A stretch of DNA of 64,000 nucleotides from positions 2,768-66,767 of the forward strand of contig CAZOFV010000003.1 in the NCBI GenBank assembly GCA_964579635.1, in the 5' to 3' direction. Below, piece after piece: positions 38,121 to 48,485 of the stretch; the first letter of the stretch is position 1, and each line of letters opens with the position of its first letter. This DNA is from an uncultured Candidatus Saccharibacteria bacterium (GTDB lineage: Bacteria > Patescibacteriota > Minisyncoccia > Phycocordibacterales > VMEP01). The position numbers were made by a program, and so were the translations under genes. The notes beneath the pieces were generated by a model, which worked only from the letters and a program-made list of their open reading frames with translations, ran no database searches and was not told the origin of the DNA.

Positions 38121-38881
38121 TTTTTAAAATTATATAGACCAGTTCCAAACCCACTATTAGGAGAGTATTCATTGGTCAAATTATTTCCATAAATATATTT
38201 TTCCTCTATTAGTTTTAGTGGCTTAAATAATTCTAAAACATAATCACGCGTGAAAGCCCGATGAGCATTGAAATAAACATTATTCTCTTTGTCTATTGGA
38301 ACAGAAATATACAGATTACCACCAGGGGACAAAACACGAGTTAGCTCTTTTGCTGCCTTTTCAGAGCCAAATTGGTCTAATTGGTCGCCATATCTACCAA
38401 GTCCAATATGTTCGATGACACATATTGAGCTAAGAGAGGAAATTTCATTATCTTTAAAAGGGAGATCTGTAACACTCCCTTTTATAAAAGACAGTTCTGG
38501 TAAAGATATGGATAAAGGCCTAATGTCTATCATTGTTGTTGGTACGAATTTGGATATTATTCCTACCATGATTGCTTGTGACCCTACATCATAGTGTTTT
38601 GTTGGTTTTTGTTTAAAAATTTTTTCTGCACACCATGTACCTTGAAGGAAATATATTGGATCGACGTTTGTCGAGGTGGTCTTGTCGTATATTCTAGGAA
38701 AAAGATTCTCCGTTTTTACTCGATATGTTTTATTAGTTTCTTTTTTTTTGAAGTAATAGTAATCAGATAAAAAATACACAAACATCCTTAGTCGTTTTAA
38801 AAAGTTTGGTTTTATTGAAAAAATGCGAAAAAAAATTACAAGATACTTGAAAATGGGTATTTTTTTTAATAGCGATTTCAT
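38117..38881 (-). CDS. DUF268-like methyltransferase-fold protein
   Basis: HYDVGS, IDIRP, VIEHIGLGRYGD, FNAHR. Confidence 0.82.
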   Translation of the reverse strand: MKSLLKKIPIFKYLVIFFRIFSIKPNFLKRLRMFVYFLSDYYYFKKKETNKTYRVKTENLFPRIYDKTTSTNVDPIYFLQGTWCAEKIFKQKPTKHYDVGSQAIMVGIISKFVPTTMIDIRPLSISLPELSFIKGSVTDLPFKDNEISSLSSICVIEHIGLGRYGDQLDQFGSEKAAKELTRVLSPGGNLYISVPIDKENNVYFNAHRAFTRDYVLELFKPLKLIEEKYIYGNNLTNEYSPNSGFGTGLYNFKK

Positions 38882-38884
38882 TTT

Positions 38885-39319
38885 TTATTCCTTGTCACTC
38901 GATTTTAATAAAAGCTCACTCGAGGAATATATTTTTGGTAAATCAAGGATTTGGAATTTTATATTATTATCTTTACACGTTGATAGCTCGCTAATTTCTA
39001 AGTTACCATCTTTTCGATCTCCGCTGTTAAAGAAAAATAAATCGTCGTTTTGATACTTACTTCTAAGGTATTTTAATGATTCGCACTGTGTCTTGTCTTT
39101 ATCTATTGAAATAAATACCTCATCAACAGATTTAAGGTTGCTCATTATTTTTGCCCTGTGTTCTTCGTCCATAAATGGCTGTGAGCCCTTAAGGGATACT
39201 TGATGGTCACTGTTTATTATGCAGATAAGCTTATCAGATAGCTTTTTTGCCTCATTTATATATTCAAGGTGTCCATAATGTAGTGGGTTAAAGTACCCAG
39301 AAACTATTCCTATTATCAT
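38885..39319 (-). CDS. HIGH-motif cytidylyl/adenylyltransferase
   Basis: SGYFNPLHYGH, NSGDR, SSS. Confidence 0.88.
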   Translation of the reverse strand: MIIGIVSGYFNPLHYGHLEYINEAKKLSDKLICIINSDHQVSLKGSQPFMDEEHRAKIMSNLKSVDEVFISIDKDKTQCESLKYLRSKYQNDDLFFFNSGDRKDGNLEISELSTCKDNNIKFQILDLPKIYSSSELLLKSSDKE

Positions 39320-39361
39320 GTTCTGTTAACAAAGTACTTTTTAATCACGTGTGACTTTTGT

Positions 39362-40300
39362 TTATACATTAGAGAATTGGTTTTTTCGCACAATTTGATA
39401 CCCCTTTATCAATTCATTGATAGCATCTTCTATTGGCATTTGTGTAACGAACCCTGTTTTTTCTATTTTTTCATTACTTATTATGTAATTTCTTTTATCT
39501 GGATCTTCGCCGATAGGGGATTCTATAAACACAAACTTAGGTAGTTGTTCTTTTATTTTTTCGCATAACTCAGATTTGCTTAAATTGGTATTTGAAAGGC
39601 CCACATTATATGATTGGTTTTTCATACTTTCAAAATTTTCCATTGCGTGTATAAAAGCAAAAGCAACATCTCTTACGTGTATATAATTTCTTTTGAAATG
39701 TGGCTCAAACAATACAACAGCTCTGTCTGTAACTGCACGATAAACAAAATCGTTTACGAGTAAATCCATGCGCATACGCGGACTAATTCCGCAGACTGTT
39801 GCTAGTCTGAATGTTATGGCATTTCCAGCCTCAAGAAGGGCTTTTTCGGTTTCGACTTTTAGTCTGCCGTAAAGAGAGACCGGCTCAAGTGGACTATTTT
39901 CATCACAATATGCGACACCTTCTTCCATTCGACCATAACCACTATTTGTATTCGGAAAGATTATTTTTTGTTCTGGTGTGCGAAGCTTAAGAAGCATCAA
40001 GATTGCGTCGCGGTTTATGCTGGTAGCACCCAACGGGTCTTGATCACACAAAGGGGCGCCAACTAAACAGGCAAGTGGAATTATGAAATCCTTATCAATA
40101 ATATGTTTTTTAATTAAAGATTCATTCCTCGCATCTCCGCGAATGATTGTGAGTGTTTTATAGTGGCAAACATCAAGAAGGGGTGATTGATTAAAGAGAA
40201 AATTATCTATTACAGTAACTTCATGTCCTGCCTTGAGTAATTCTGGCACTAAAACCGCTCCGATGTATCCCGCCCCTCCTGTTATAAGAATTTTTTTCAT
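39362..40300 (-). CDS. NAD-dependent epimerase/dehydratase
   Basis: ILITGGAGYIG, YGRLK, RLATV, RMDLLVN. Confidence 0.9.
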   Translation of the reverse strand: MKKILITGGAGYIGAVLVPELLKAGHEVTVIDNFLFNQSPLLDVCHYKTLTIIRGDARNESLIKKHIIDKDFIIPLACLVGAPLCDQDPLGATSINRDAILMLLKLRTPEQKIIFPNTNSGYGRMEEGVAYCDENSPLEPVSLYGRLKVETEKALLEAGNAITFRLATVCGISPRMRMDLLVNDFVYRAVTDRAVVLFEPHFKRNYIHVRDVAFAFIHAMENFESMKNQSYNVGLSNTNLSKSELCEKIKEQLPKFVFIESPIGEDPDKRNYIISNEKIEKTGFVTQMPIEDAINELIKGYQIVRKNQFSNV

Positions 40301-40349
40301 GTTGTTTATTATATATTCAAATTTATAAGGTTTCAATTTATGTGTTTAC

Positions 40350-41312
40350 TCATAATATTTCTGGGTAAACAAGCGATGTCCCGCGATCTTCAAATTTAAA
40401 ATCAAGAACATTTTCTTTAAACTCTTCTATAATATTTTTTTTAGTATTACTGTCGCATATTACCATTAAAAATCCGCAACCCCCGCTTCCAAGTAGCTTT
40501 ATTCCGTACGCACCCATACCCATAACTTGTTCTACCATTTTATCTATTTTTTCTGTTGAGATAAGCGGTGATATTTTACGTTTTTCGTTCCATGACTCTA
40601 GTAATAATTCTCCAATTCCCTTGATATCTTCTTTTAAAAAATAATCGTAAGCTTTTAGAGATAGTTCGAGTATCTTTTTTTTATCTTTGTTTTCGTGTGA
40701 TTGTGCTATCTCATTTTGGTTTCTTTGGTCGTTTGTGTAAATCAAAACAATAGAGTCTTCAAACTCACTTTTAAATTTATCTGAAACCGGTAGCGGTTTA
40801 ACAGAAAAATTTCCATTTTTTTCAATTGTTATCGTATTAAAACCACCGTATGCCGCCCATATTTGGTCTTGGATGCCGCCACTTTCTTTTAATATATTTC
40901 TTTCAATATGGATGGCGGTTTTGGCTATATCTTCCTTACTCACGGTTTCTCCCTTCAGATTTTTCATAAGATGTATCATTCCTGCACAAAAAGAAGAAGA
41001 ACCACCAAGACCTGTTCTTGCTGGTACGTCAGCAGAGGAGTTAAAATCTATGTGATTTTGGATATCTTGGTGTTTTAAAACTTCTCTAATAAGTGGATTT
41101 TGAATATCATTAAAAGAAGATACCACTTCGTGTTTAGAGTAGACTATGGAGTGTTCTTTCGGGAGAATTTTTGGTCTATATCTAGCTGATAGCCATATAT
41201 ATTTATCAATTGTGGTTCCTATAATAAACGAACCGTGTTCTTTGTAGAAAGATTCATAGTCAGTTGACCCGCCAAAAAATGATATTCTTAGTGGTGCTTT
41301 TACTATTATCAT
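40350..41312 (-). CDS. hddA: GHMP kinase, heptose-7-phosphate 1-kinase-like
   Basis: APLRISFFGGSTD, PARTGLGGSS, GGIQDQ, KLLGSGGCGF. Confidence 0.8.
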   Translation of the reverse strand: MIIVKAPLRISFFGGSTDYESFYKEHGSFIIGTTIDKYIWLSARYRPKILPKEHSIVYSKHEVVSSFNDIQNPLIREVLKHQDIQNHIDFNSSADVPARTGLGGSSSFCAGMIHLMKNLKGETVSKEDIAKTAIHIERNILKESGGIQDQIWAAYGGFNTITIEKNGNFSVKPLPVSDKFKSEFEDSIVLIYTNDQRNQNEIAQSHENKDKKKILELSLKAYDYFLKEDIKGIGELLLESWNEKRKISPLISTEKIDKMVEQVMGMGAYGIKLLGSGGCGFLMVICDSNTKKNIIEEFKENVLDFKFEDRGTSLVYPEIL

Positions 41313-42496
41313 ATAGAGTTTAACAGCTTACATAGTCTAGGAATATTGCTTTTTTCAAGCCCTGGATAGTTTCCTATATACCACCCGAAATGATGCACGT
41401 GGTTGGTATTGGGGTAATTTAAATATTCATTACCAAAGAGACGTCTTAGATATGGTTGCATAAGCTGGTTTCCTCCACCAGACATTCCTCTTCTGAATTC
41501 AATCATGTTTTCTTTGAGGATTTTTTCTACACTATCTCTCATCTTAAAATCAGCTTTTTTTAAGAGTAGGGTAAAGGCGTAGTTAGAATTTCCTGTTTGA
41601 TTAAAATCAGTAAAGTATTTTTCATTATCGAGATTTTTTAGAAAGATTTTTAAGTTGTCTTTTCTTATTTTGTTGTTTTTATCCAACCTCTTTAGTTGAT
41701 TTATCGCCATTACAGCATTAATTTCACTATTTCTCATGTTGTATGCAGGAGAAGAAAAAATGAAATCAGTATTTAAATCACTATATTTTTTAGCGTAATC
41801 ATTTTTTATTTTTTCGTTAGTACATTCTCTTACCATGCCGTGAGATCTAAACATTCTTGCGTGCTGATATATTTTTTCGTCGTCAGTGCAAATCATGCCA
41901 CCCTCAACCGAAGAAAGGTGGTGGGCATAATAAAATGAAAAATTAGAAACTAAACCAAATGAGCCACATTTCTTCCCTTTGAATGTTGCTCCATGTGATT
42001 CACACACATCTTCAATAAGTATAATTTTTTTCTTTTTACAGATATCGAGTAGCTCTTCTGTAAGGCCATTGTATCCAAGAATGTGGGTTAAAAATATCGC
42101 ACGAGTTTTTGGTGATATTTTCTTTTTTAATTCCTCAACATCTATGGCTAAAGTAGAAAGGTTAATATCACAAAATACCGGGGTAAATCCATTTTGTAAA
42201 ACGGAAGCGATATCAGAAACCCAGGTTAATGGAGGTACTATTATTTCCCCAGTTCCATAGATCTCTTTTAAAGCCAACATCGTAATTTGGTTAGCTGAGC
42301 TACCAGAGTTTACAAAAACACAGTATTTAACACCAAGCCATTTTGCCCATTTTTCCTCAAATTCCCTTACTTTTTTTGATTGCGTAAGAATAGGGACTTC
42401 TTTTTGAGACAGAAAAGAAACAACCTTGTTAACGTCTTCCCGGGAAATGTTGTTAGACATTAATGGCCAATTAGTAATTTTTTTGTGTTTATTCAT
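41309..42496 (-). CDS. PLP-dependent DegT/DnrJ-fold NDP-4-keto-6-deoxysugar 3-dehydratase (ColD-like)
   Basis: VNSGSSAN, EDVCESHG, FSFYYAHHLSSVEGG with His in place of the catalytic Lys. Confidence 0.8.
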   Translation of the reverse strand: MNKHKKITNWPLMSNNISREDVNKVVSFLSQKEVPILTQSKKVREFEEKWAKWLGVKYCVFVNSGSSANQITMLALKEIYGTGEIIVPPLTWVSDIASVLQNGFTPVFCDINLSTLAIDVEELKKKISPKTRAIFLTHILGYNGLTEELLDICKKKKIILIEDVCESHGATFKGKKCGSFGLVSNFSFYYAHHLSSVEGGMICTDDEKIYQHARMFRSHGMVRECTNEKIKNDYAKKYSDLNTDFIFSSPAYNMRNSEINAVMAINQLKRLDKNNKIRKDNLKIFLKNLDNEKYFTDFNQTGNSNYAFTLLLKKADFKMRDSVEKILKENMIEFRRGMSGGGNQLMQPYLRRLFGNEYLNYPNTNHVHHFGWYIGNYPGLEKSNIPRLCKLLNSI

Positions 42497-42675
42497 TTTA
42501 ATAGTTTTGTGTTTTTAGCGTTAGATTCTATAGGATATCATAATTATACTACTTCTGAGAAGGAGCTTTTTGGACCTTTGGTTGCGATGATATTTACGTT
42601 TATTTTTGAGCAAAATTGACAGAGGTATTTTTTTTACATAACATTACTTAATCATTTATCCTCTTAATTAAAAAT

Positions 42676-43704
42676 ATGGAAAAAATAAAAAATAAGAAAG
42701 CGGAAGCAAAATTAAAAAAAATAAAAAGAGTGTTAATTACTGGTATTTCTGGTTCAGGTGGAAGTTATTTAGCCGAATATATAGTTAAAAATCATCCAAA
42801 AATTGAGGTTCATGGTATGGGTCGTTGGCACAGCACTACCGTTACAGATAATCTTCATGAGATTAGAGATAAGGTTATTTTACATGAATGTGATCTTATG
42901 GATTTTAGTTCTGTTTTGTCAGCATTAGAGAAAAGTAAACCAGACGCAATTTTCCATTTGGCGGCTCATGCTAACGTGCGGGCGTCGTTTCAAACACCGC
43001 TATCTGTTTTGAATAATAATATTATGAGTACAGCAAATCTTTTTGAGGCTATTCGTGCCGCAAAAATTAACCCACTTATTCAGCTTTGTAGCAGTTCAGA
43101 AGTTTACGGCATAGTAGATCCTAAATATGTTCCAATTAACGAAAGTACACCAATGTGTCCAACGAGCCCGTACGCTGTTTCAAAGGTTGCACAAGACATG
43201 CTTGGTTATAGTTATTTTAAATCATACAAAATGCCAATAATAAGGACGAGAATGTTTACCTACCTAAATCCTCGTCGAACTGACTTATTTGCAACTTCTT
43301 TTGCTAGGCAGGTAGTCAGGATAGAAATGGGATTACAGAAAGAGTTGGTACATGGGAACCTTGATTCAATAAGAACAATTATCGACGTAAGAGACGCCAT
43401 GCGGGCTTATTGGGACGCTCTTATATATTGTGAGCCAGGGGAGGCCTACAACATAGGAGGAACGACAACAATCTCGGTTGGTGATTTTTTAGACACATTA
43501 ATATCTCTTGCAAAAAAACCAATTCCAACGAGAGTGGACCCTGCTTTGTTACGTCCGTCAGATGTAACCCTTCAAATTCCTGATACAAGTAAATTTTGTA
43601 AAACGACAGGGTGGGAACCAGAATATACATTTAAGGAAAGTATGGCGCACCTTTTAGATCACTGGCGTAAAGAAGTAGCAAAAGAACTAACTGCCACCAA
43701 ATAA
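42676..43704 (+). CDS. GDP-mannose 4,6-dehydratase-like SDR
   Basis: LITGISGSGGSYLAE, SSSEVYG, SPYAVSK, GNL. Confidence 0.85.
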   Translation: MEKIKNKKAEAKLKKIKRVLITGISGSGGSYLAEYIVKNHPKIEVHGMGRWHSTTVTDNLHEIRDKVILHECDLMDFSSVLSALEKSKPDAIFHLAAHANVRASFQTPLSVLNNNIMSTANLFEAIRAAKINPLIQLCSSSEVYGIVDPKYVPINESTPMCPTSPYAVSKVAQDMLGYSYFKSYKMPIIRTRMFTYLNPRRTDLFATSFARQVVRIEMGLQKELVHGNLDSIRTIIDVRDAMRAYWDALIYCEPGEAYNIGGTTTISVGDFLDTLISLAKKPIPTRVDPALLRPSDVTLQIPDTSKFCKTTGWEPEYTFKESMAHLLDHWRKEVAKELTATK

Positions 43705-43837
43705 ATAGCGTTTATGTTTACAAAAAAGCAATCACAGTATTGCTTTTTTTGTAATTTGTGATATAAAATTGAAAGAAAAAGTTCCTTAAATATGGGACTT
43801 TCCCAATTCAAATCAACTACTGATAGCGAGGTTTATC

Positions 43838-45379
43838 GTGGATAAAAAATTAGATGTTTTGTTTGTTAATCCCGATTCGTCCTTTCAGGCTTATCAGGGA
43901 TTGAGTGAAATCTACGCGGCCATTGAGCCACCCACTTGGGCGCTATTGTTGGCCCAGAGTTGTCGTGCAAAGGGGTTTGGAGTCGGCATCCTTGATTGTG
44001 GTGCAGAAAGGCTTAGCTTAGGCGATGCGGTGAAACGTATCGTAGAAGAAAAACCAAGACTCATTTGCTTTGTGATGTACGGGCAAAACCCAAACTCCGG
44101 TACGGCCAGTATGGCCGGCGCTGAACTTTTGGGCAAAGAGCTGAAAGAACTTTACCCCGAAGTTACGTTGTGTTTCGTCGGTTCCCATGTAAGTGCCTTA
44201 CCCAGAGAAGTTTTGGCAATTGATTGTGTAGACCTCGTGCTATTAAACGAAGGGGTTTATGCTTTGCACAACTTACTCCAGACTGACCTTAGCAATTCAT
44301 CGCTCGGGAAAGTAAAGGGTATTGGCTACAAGAAAGATGGGGTTTTGGTCTTGAACCAGCCAGAACGAGTGGTACCGCAAGAAAGAATGGATATTGATTT
44401 ACCGGGGTATGCCTGGGACCTTCTTCCTTGCCGCGAAAGGCCGCTTGATATGTATCGTGCTCATTTTTGGCATGCAGGTTTTGATCACGACAAGCGCACC
44501 CCATTTGCGGCGATTTACACCTCCCTTGGATGCACCTTCAAGTGTGATTTTTGCATGATTAACATCGTTAATCGTGTTGACAACACAGACGGTATATCCG
44601 CCGGCAATTCCCCAGGAATGCGTTTTTGGTCACCCGAGTTTATTCTCGGTGAATTTGAAAAGCTGGCAGCGATGGGTGTTGAGACAGTCAGAATCTCGGA
44701 CGAAATGTTTTTTCTCAACAAGCGTTTTTTTAACCCGCTTCTCGCTGGGGTTGTCGACAGGGATCTGAAGTTTCGCATGTGGGCATACTCAAGGGTGGAC
44801 ACGGTTCAACCTCAGTACTTAGAACTTTTTAGGCGCGCTGGTATTAATTGGCTCGCCTTAGGTGTTGAGGCTGGGAATCAGATCGTAAGACGGGATGCTT
44901 CCAAGGGTTCGTTCAAAGATGTGAACATTCGAGATGTGGTAAATACCGTGCGTTCTGGCGGTATAAACGTCATCGCGAATTACATTTTCGGACTTCCCGA
45001 GGATAGCACGGCAACGATGCAGGAAACACTAGATCTTGCCGTTGAGCTAAATACGGAAATGGTGAATATGTATCCGTGCCAAGCTCTCCCTGGAAGTACG
45101 CTTTATTTTGAGGCTAGGAAAAACGGGATTGCTTTACCGGATTCCTATTCTGGCTACGCGTTTCTTTCTTACGAAAGCCAGCCGTTACCAACCAAGTACT
45201 GCTCTTCGGCAGAAGTACTTCGCTTCCGTGATAATGCGTGGACAACGTATTTTTCCAACCAAGATTACCTCGCCCTTGTGGAGAGAAAATTTGGTGAGGA
45301 AGAACGCAGAAACGTTGAGGCGATGTCGAAGATAAGGTTGTTACGCAAGATTCTTGGGGATCCTGCTCCCGAGAAATGA
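43838..45379 (+). CDS. Cobalamin-binding radical SAM enzyme
   Basis: N-terminal B12-binding domain; SLGCTFKCDFC (CxxxCxxC); GVEAG; YIFGLP. Confidence 0.9.
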   Translation: MDKKLDVLFVNPDSSFQAYQGLSEIYAAIEPPTWALLLAQSCRAKGFGVGILDCGAERLSLGDAVKRIVEEKPRLICFVMYGQNPNSGTASMAGAELLGKELKELYPEVTLCFVGSHVSALPREVLAIDCVDLVLLNEGVYALHNLLQTDLSNSSLGKVKGIGYKKDGVLVLNQPERVVPQERMDIDLPGYAWDLLPCRERPLDMYRAHFWHAGFDHDKRTPFAAIYTSLGCTFKCDFCMINIVNRVDNTDGISAGNSPGMRFWSPEFILGEFEKLAAMGVETVRISDEMFFLNKRFFNPLLAGVVDRDLKFRMWAYSRVDTVQPQYLELFRRAGINWLALGVEAGNQIVRRDASKGSFKDVNIRDVVNTVRSGGINVIANYIFGLPEDSTATMQETLDLAVELNTEMVNMYPCQALPGSTLYFEARKNGIALPDSYSGYAFLSYESQPLPTKYCSSAEVLRFRDNAWTTYFSNQDYLALVERKFGEEERRNVEAMSKIRLLRKILGDPAPEK

Positions 45380-45397
45380 TGTTCCTAGTGATTTGAC

Positions 45398-45430
45398 CAC
45401 GCGTGGCAGTATGCCACGCGTGTTTTTTTT
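45398..45430 (+). terminator. Intrinsic terminator
   Basis: CACGCGTGGCA-GTA-TGCCACGCGTG plus T run. Confidence 0.85.
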
Positions 45431-45493
45431 ATTAATTTATATAAAAAGAACGTATTATTTTTAAATATATACATTATGATATAATCGTAAATT

Positions 45494-46132
45494 ATGGATA
45501 GTAATAAAATATCGTCTGGAAAGGGGAGAGACTTAACCCCAGAAGATTTAATTAACTTTGAGGAAGAAATTGCAGAATTATTTAATTCTGCAAAAATCCG
45601 ATCGCCGATACATCTTTATTATGGAAACGAAAAGGAGATAATAGAAGTATTCCGCGATGTTAAAGAAGACGACTGGGTAATGTGTTCTTGGAGAAGTCAT
45701 TACCAATGTCTTCTTAAAGGTGTTCCAGAAGATAAATTACGCGAAGAGATTCTTGCTAATAGGTCAATATCACTATGTTTCCCTGAACAGAGAATAGTTT
45801 CTTCCGCAATTGTGGGAGGGATTCTTCCGATTGCAGTCGGGGTTGCTATGGGTATCAAAAGAAGTGGTGGGAAAAATAAAGTCCACTGTTTTATGGGAGA
45901 TATGACATCAGAGACTGGTATAGCACACGAATGTATTAAATACGCGACAAATCACGATTTGCCAATACGTTTTATTATTGAAGATAATGGAAAGTCTGTG
46001 TGCACAGAAACACTTAATACATGGAAACAAGATAAACTTACATACGAAGACACTAAAAATCCCATGATAATTTATTATAAATACCAAACTAAATATCCTC
46101 ATGCCGGAGCGGGGGAGCGGGTTCAATTTTAA
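45494..46132 (+). CDS. TPP-dependent E1-alpha-like subunit
   Basis: HLYYGNE, WRSHY, SAIVGG, GD...EDN TPP-binding motif. Confidence 0.85.
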   Translation: MDSNKISSGKGRDLTPEDLINFEEEIAELFNSAKIRSPIHLYYGNEKEIIEVFRDVKEDDWVMCSWRSHYQCLLKGVPEDKLREEILANRSISLCFPEQRIVSSAIVGGILPIAVGVAMGIKRSGGKNKVHCFMGDMTSETGIAHECIKYATNHDLPIRFIIEDNGKSVCTETLNTWKQDKLTYEDTKNPMIIYYKYQTKYPHAGAGERVQF

Positions 46133-46135
46133 TTT

Positions 46136-46672
46136 ATGAAATATTTCGAAGAACTTAGTCGCGCAATGGAAATGATCGCACAAGATGAGAGGTCTTTTTT
46201 TATTGGACAAGCGGTGGCGTGTCCAGGGACTGCGATGACCACAACTCTTAAAAATGTCCCCCGAGAAAAACTTTTAGAACTTCCCGTTGCGGAAGAAATG
46301 CAGATGGGGATGTCTATAGGCCTTGCGTTAGCTGGTCATATCCCAGTTAGTATTTTCCCAAGGTGGAATTTTTTGCTTGTGGGAACAAGTCAGCTGGTTA
46401 ATCATTTGGATAAATTATCTATTATGTCAAACGGAGGTTATAAACCCAAAGTTATTATCCGTACGGGCATTGGGTCTGTTCGCCCGATGCATCCACAGTT
46501 TCAACATGTAGGTGATTACACAGAAGCGTTTAGGCTTATGTGCCCAAACGTTGAAATAATTCGTCTTGAAGAGCCGGAAGATATTTTTCCTGCATATAAA
46601 AAATCTCTTGAAAGAGAGGATGGTAAGAGTACTATTTTAGTTGAGTACGGAGATTACTATAACGAGAAATAG
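46136..46672 (+). CDS. TPP enzyme E1-beta/transketolase pyrimidine-binding domain only
   Basis: ELPVAEEMQMGMSIGLALAG, QLVNH, QH; 178 aa, no C-terminal domain. Confidence 0.82.
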   Translation: MKYFEELSRAMEMIAQDERSFFIGQAVACPGTAMTTTLKNVPREKLLELPVAEEMQMGMSIGLALAGHIPVSIFPRWNFLLVGTSQLVNHLDKLSIMSNGGYKPKVIIRTGIGSVRPMHPQFQHVGDYTEAFRLMCPNVEIIRLEEPEDIFPAYKKSLEREDGKSTILVEYGDYYNEK

Positions 46673-46729
46673 ACGAGCCCTGTTTTGAGAAAGACTATAC
46701 TTGAAAACATTAAGTTTGGTTTTTGGTTG

Positions 46730-47488
46730 CTAAGCACGTCCCTTTGGAAGGGTCCACTCCCCAGATGAAGCAGAAAGTTTTATTGGAGCGGTATTGCAAA
46801 CAAAGATCGAGTCAAAAGGAGCTATAAATTTTTCCTTTATTTCAAATCCAGCACATTTAAGCATTGATTCAATTGAGCTAGGCGTCATTCCCCAAAACCA
46901 GTTTGCATAACCTTCTTCTGGTTCATATGGTGTTGTGATTCCTATTTGGCTACTCATTTTTCTATTCCAAATTTTTCTTTGACTTTCATCTAAGAATGGA
47001 TAAAGCACTGCCATATTTTTCATTCCAGGAACTTCTGGTATGGATGCAGTATTTAAGATTAAGGTTTCTCCACAAATAGCGCGAAGTCTTGTGAGAAGGT
47101 GAATAGGATCTGGTGTGTGGTAAAGAACCCCAGAGCATAGTACGACATCACATACTCCAATAGCGTCAGTTGTTGAGGATTGATGGATGTCTCCTTGAAT
47201 AAATCCAATTTTAGAATTTCTTTTATTTTTTTCTTCTATAAACTTTGGGCTTTCTGGGTATATATCAATAGCTGTTACTTTTTTTGCACCGCTTTCTTCT
47301 GCAATAAATGAGTTTAGTCCATTTACTCCCCATAGTGCACCAACGTCGGCAAAAGATTTTCCCTTAACATATTTTCTAATCAAGTCAGCATTAGTAGTTT
47401 GTTTTATTCCAACAATTTTTTTTATTTTTCTTAAAGCTCTGTTGACTATTTGGTTGTGTCTAGTTAGCGTAGTAATTTTGTATAACAT
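46730..47488 (-). CDS. SAM-dependent methyltransferase
   Basis: FADVG, DVVLCSGVLYH..DP, NWFWG. Confidence 0.8.
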   Translation of the reverse strand: MLYKITTLTRHNQIVNRALRKIKKIVGIKQTTNADLIRKYVKGKSFADVGALWGVNGLNSFIAEESGAKKVTAIDIYPESPKFIEEKNKRNSKIGFIQGDIHQSSTTDAIGVCDVVLCSGVLYHTPDPIHLLTRLRAICGETLILNTASIPEVPGMKNMAVLYPFLDESQRKIWNRKMSSQIGITTPYEPEEGYANWFWGMTPSSIESMLKCAGFEIKEKFIAPFDSIFVCNTAPIKLSASSGEWTLPKGRA

Positions 47489-47505
47489 AATCGGTATTTA
47501 AAATA

Positions 47506-48378
47506 TTAATAAATAAATTCAGGTGTTATTTCTTTGTTCTTCATTTCCAGCCATTTTTCAGATGAAGATAGAAGTGACGACCAATCTGAGTATGGTTCTA
47601 CTAGCTCATCATTTTTACTATGCAAAATCATTCTAATTTTGTTTCGTAGTATTTTAAGCTTATTTATAATGAAATTGTCTGGATTTTTTCCTAAATAAAA
47701 CTTGTTTAACCTGTCAGTTTCAGTTTCTATCTCTTTTGAAAGAGTTTCGCTTACGCTTTGTGGGGTTAATATGTTTACATAAGAGTACCCAGTATACCAA
47801 GCAATTTTAACTTTTCCAGACGTAACTCGTAGAGACATTTCCATGTCTGCGCGTCTAAAGATAGGATCCCTTAAACCTATTAACGGAATAGAGTTACGAC
47901 GTAAAATCATACCAAGTTCACAGAAAGAAAATGGTACATGGTTTTTTTGGTATTTCTTAAAGTCGTCTACATAAACAAGAGCTTTTAGTTTTCCATGAGA
48001 ACCAAGAACTCCACCCTCGGTGTTTATTAGATCTATTTCGGGGTGTTTTATCATAAACTCTTTACAAGCTGTAATTGATGGATAATGAGATGCATCATCA
48101 TCTGCAATAAATTTTAAAAGAGTTCCTTTTGATGTAAGAGTTAACTTATTTATTGCATGGGCAACACTAACATCAGGTTCAGATATATAACAATCAATAG
48201 ACCCTAGTTTTTTTAATTCAGCGAGGTATTCCTTGGTGCCATCAGAGCTTTGCCCGTCTGCTACCAGGATATCCTCATCTTCTTTTTTTTGAGAAATTAA
48301 TTTTTCTAAGGTAACTTTTAGGTATGGAAGTTTGTTTTTTGTTACTACAAGGTAGGAGAGATTTATGTTTTTTTCCAT
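47506..48378 (-). CDS. GT2 glycosyltransferase
   Basis: VADGQSSDGT, SEPD, A.NK, ADDD; ATG at 48378 preferred. Confidence 0.82.
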   Translation of the reverse strand: MEKNINLSYLVVTKNKLPYLKVTLEKLISQKKEDEDILVADGQSSDGTKEYLAELKKLGSIDCYISEPDVSVAHAINKLTLTSKGTLLKFIADDDASHYPSITACKEFMIKHPEIDLINTEGGVLGSHGKLKALVYVDDFKKYQKNHVPFSFCELGMILRRNSIPLIGLRDPIFRRADMEMSLRVTSGKVKIAWYTGYSYVNILTPQSVSETLSKEIETETDRLNKFYLGKNPDNFIINKLKILRNKIRMILHSKNDELVEPYSDWSSLLSSSEKWLEMKNKEITPEFIY

Positions 48379-48485
48379 AAAGTTTAGATTCGTTTTGGCT
48401 ATGATAAGGCCTCTATATCCTTTAGTCAAGAAATCCAAATTTATTAAAATTTACAAATATATGGTATTTATGAGATAGTAATTAT

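Noticed and set aside
45494-46672. Pyruvate dehydrogenase complex
   Set aside because: Both subunits are short, no E2/E3 adjacent, and the context is nucleotide-sugar synthesis
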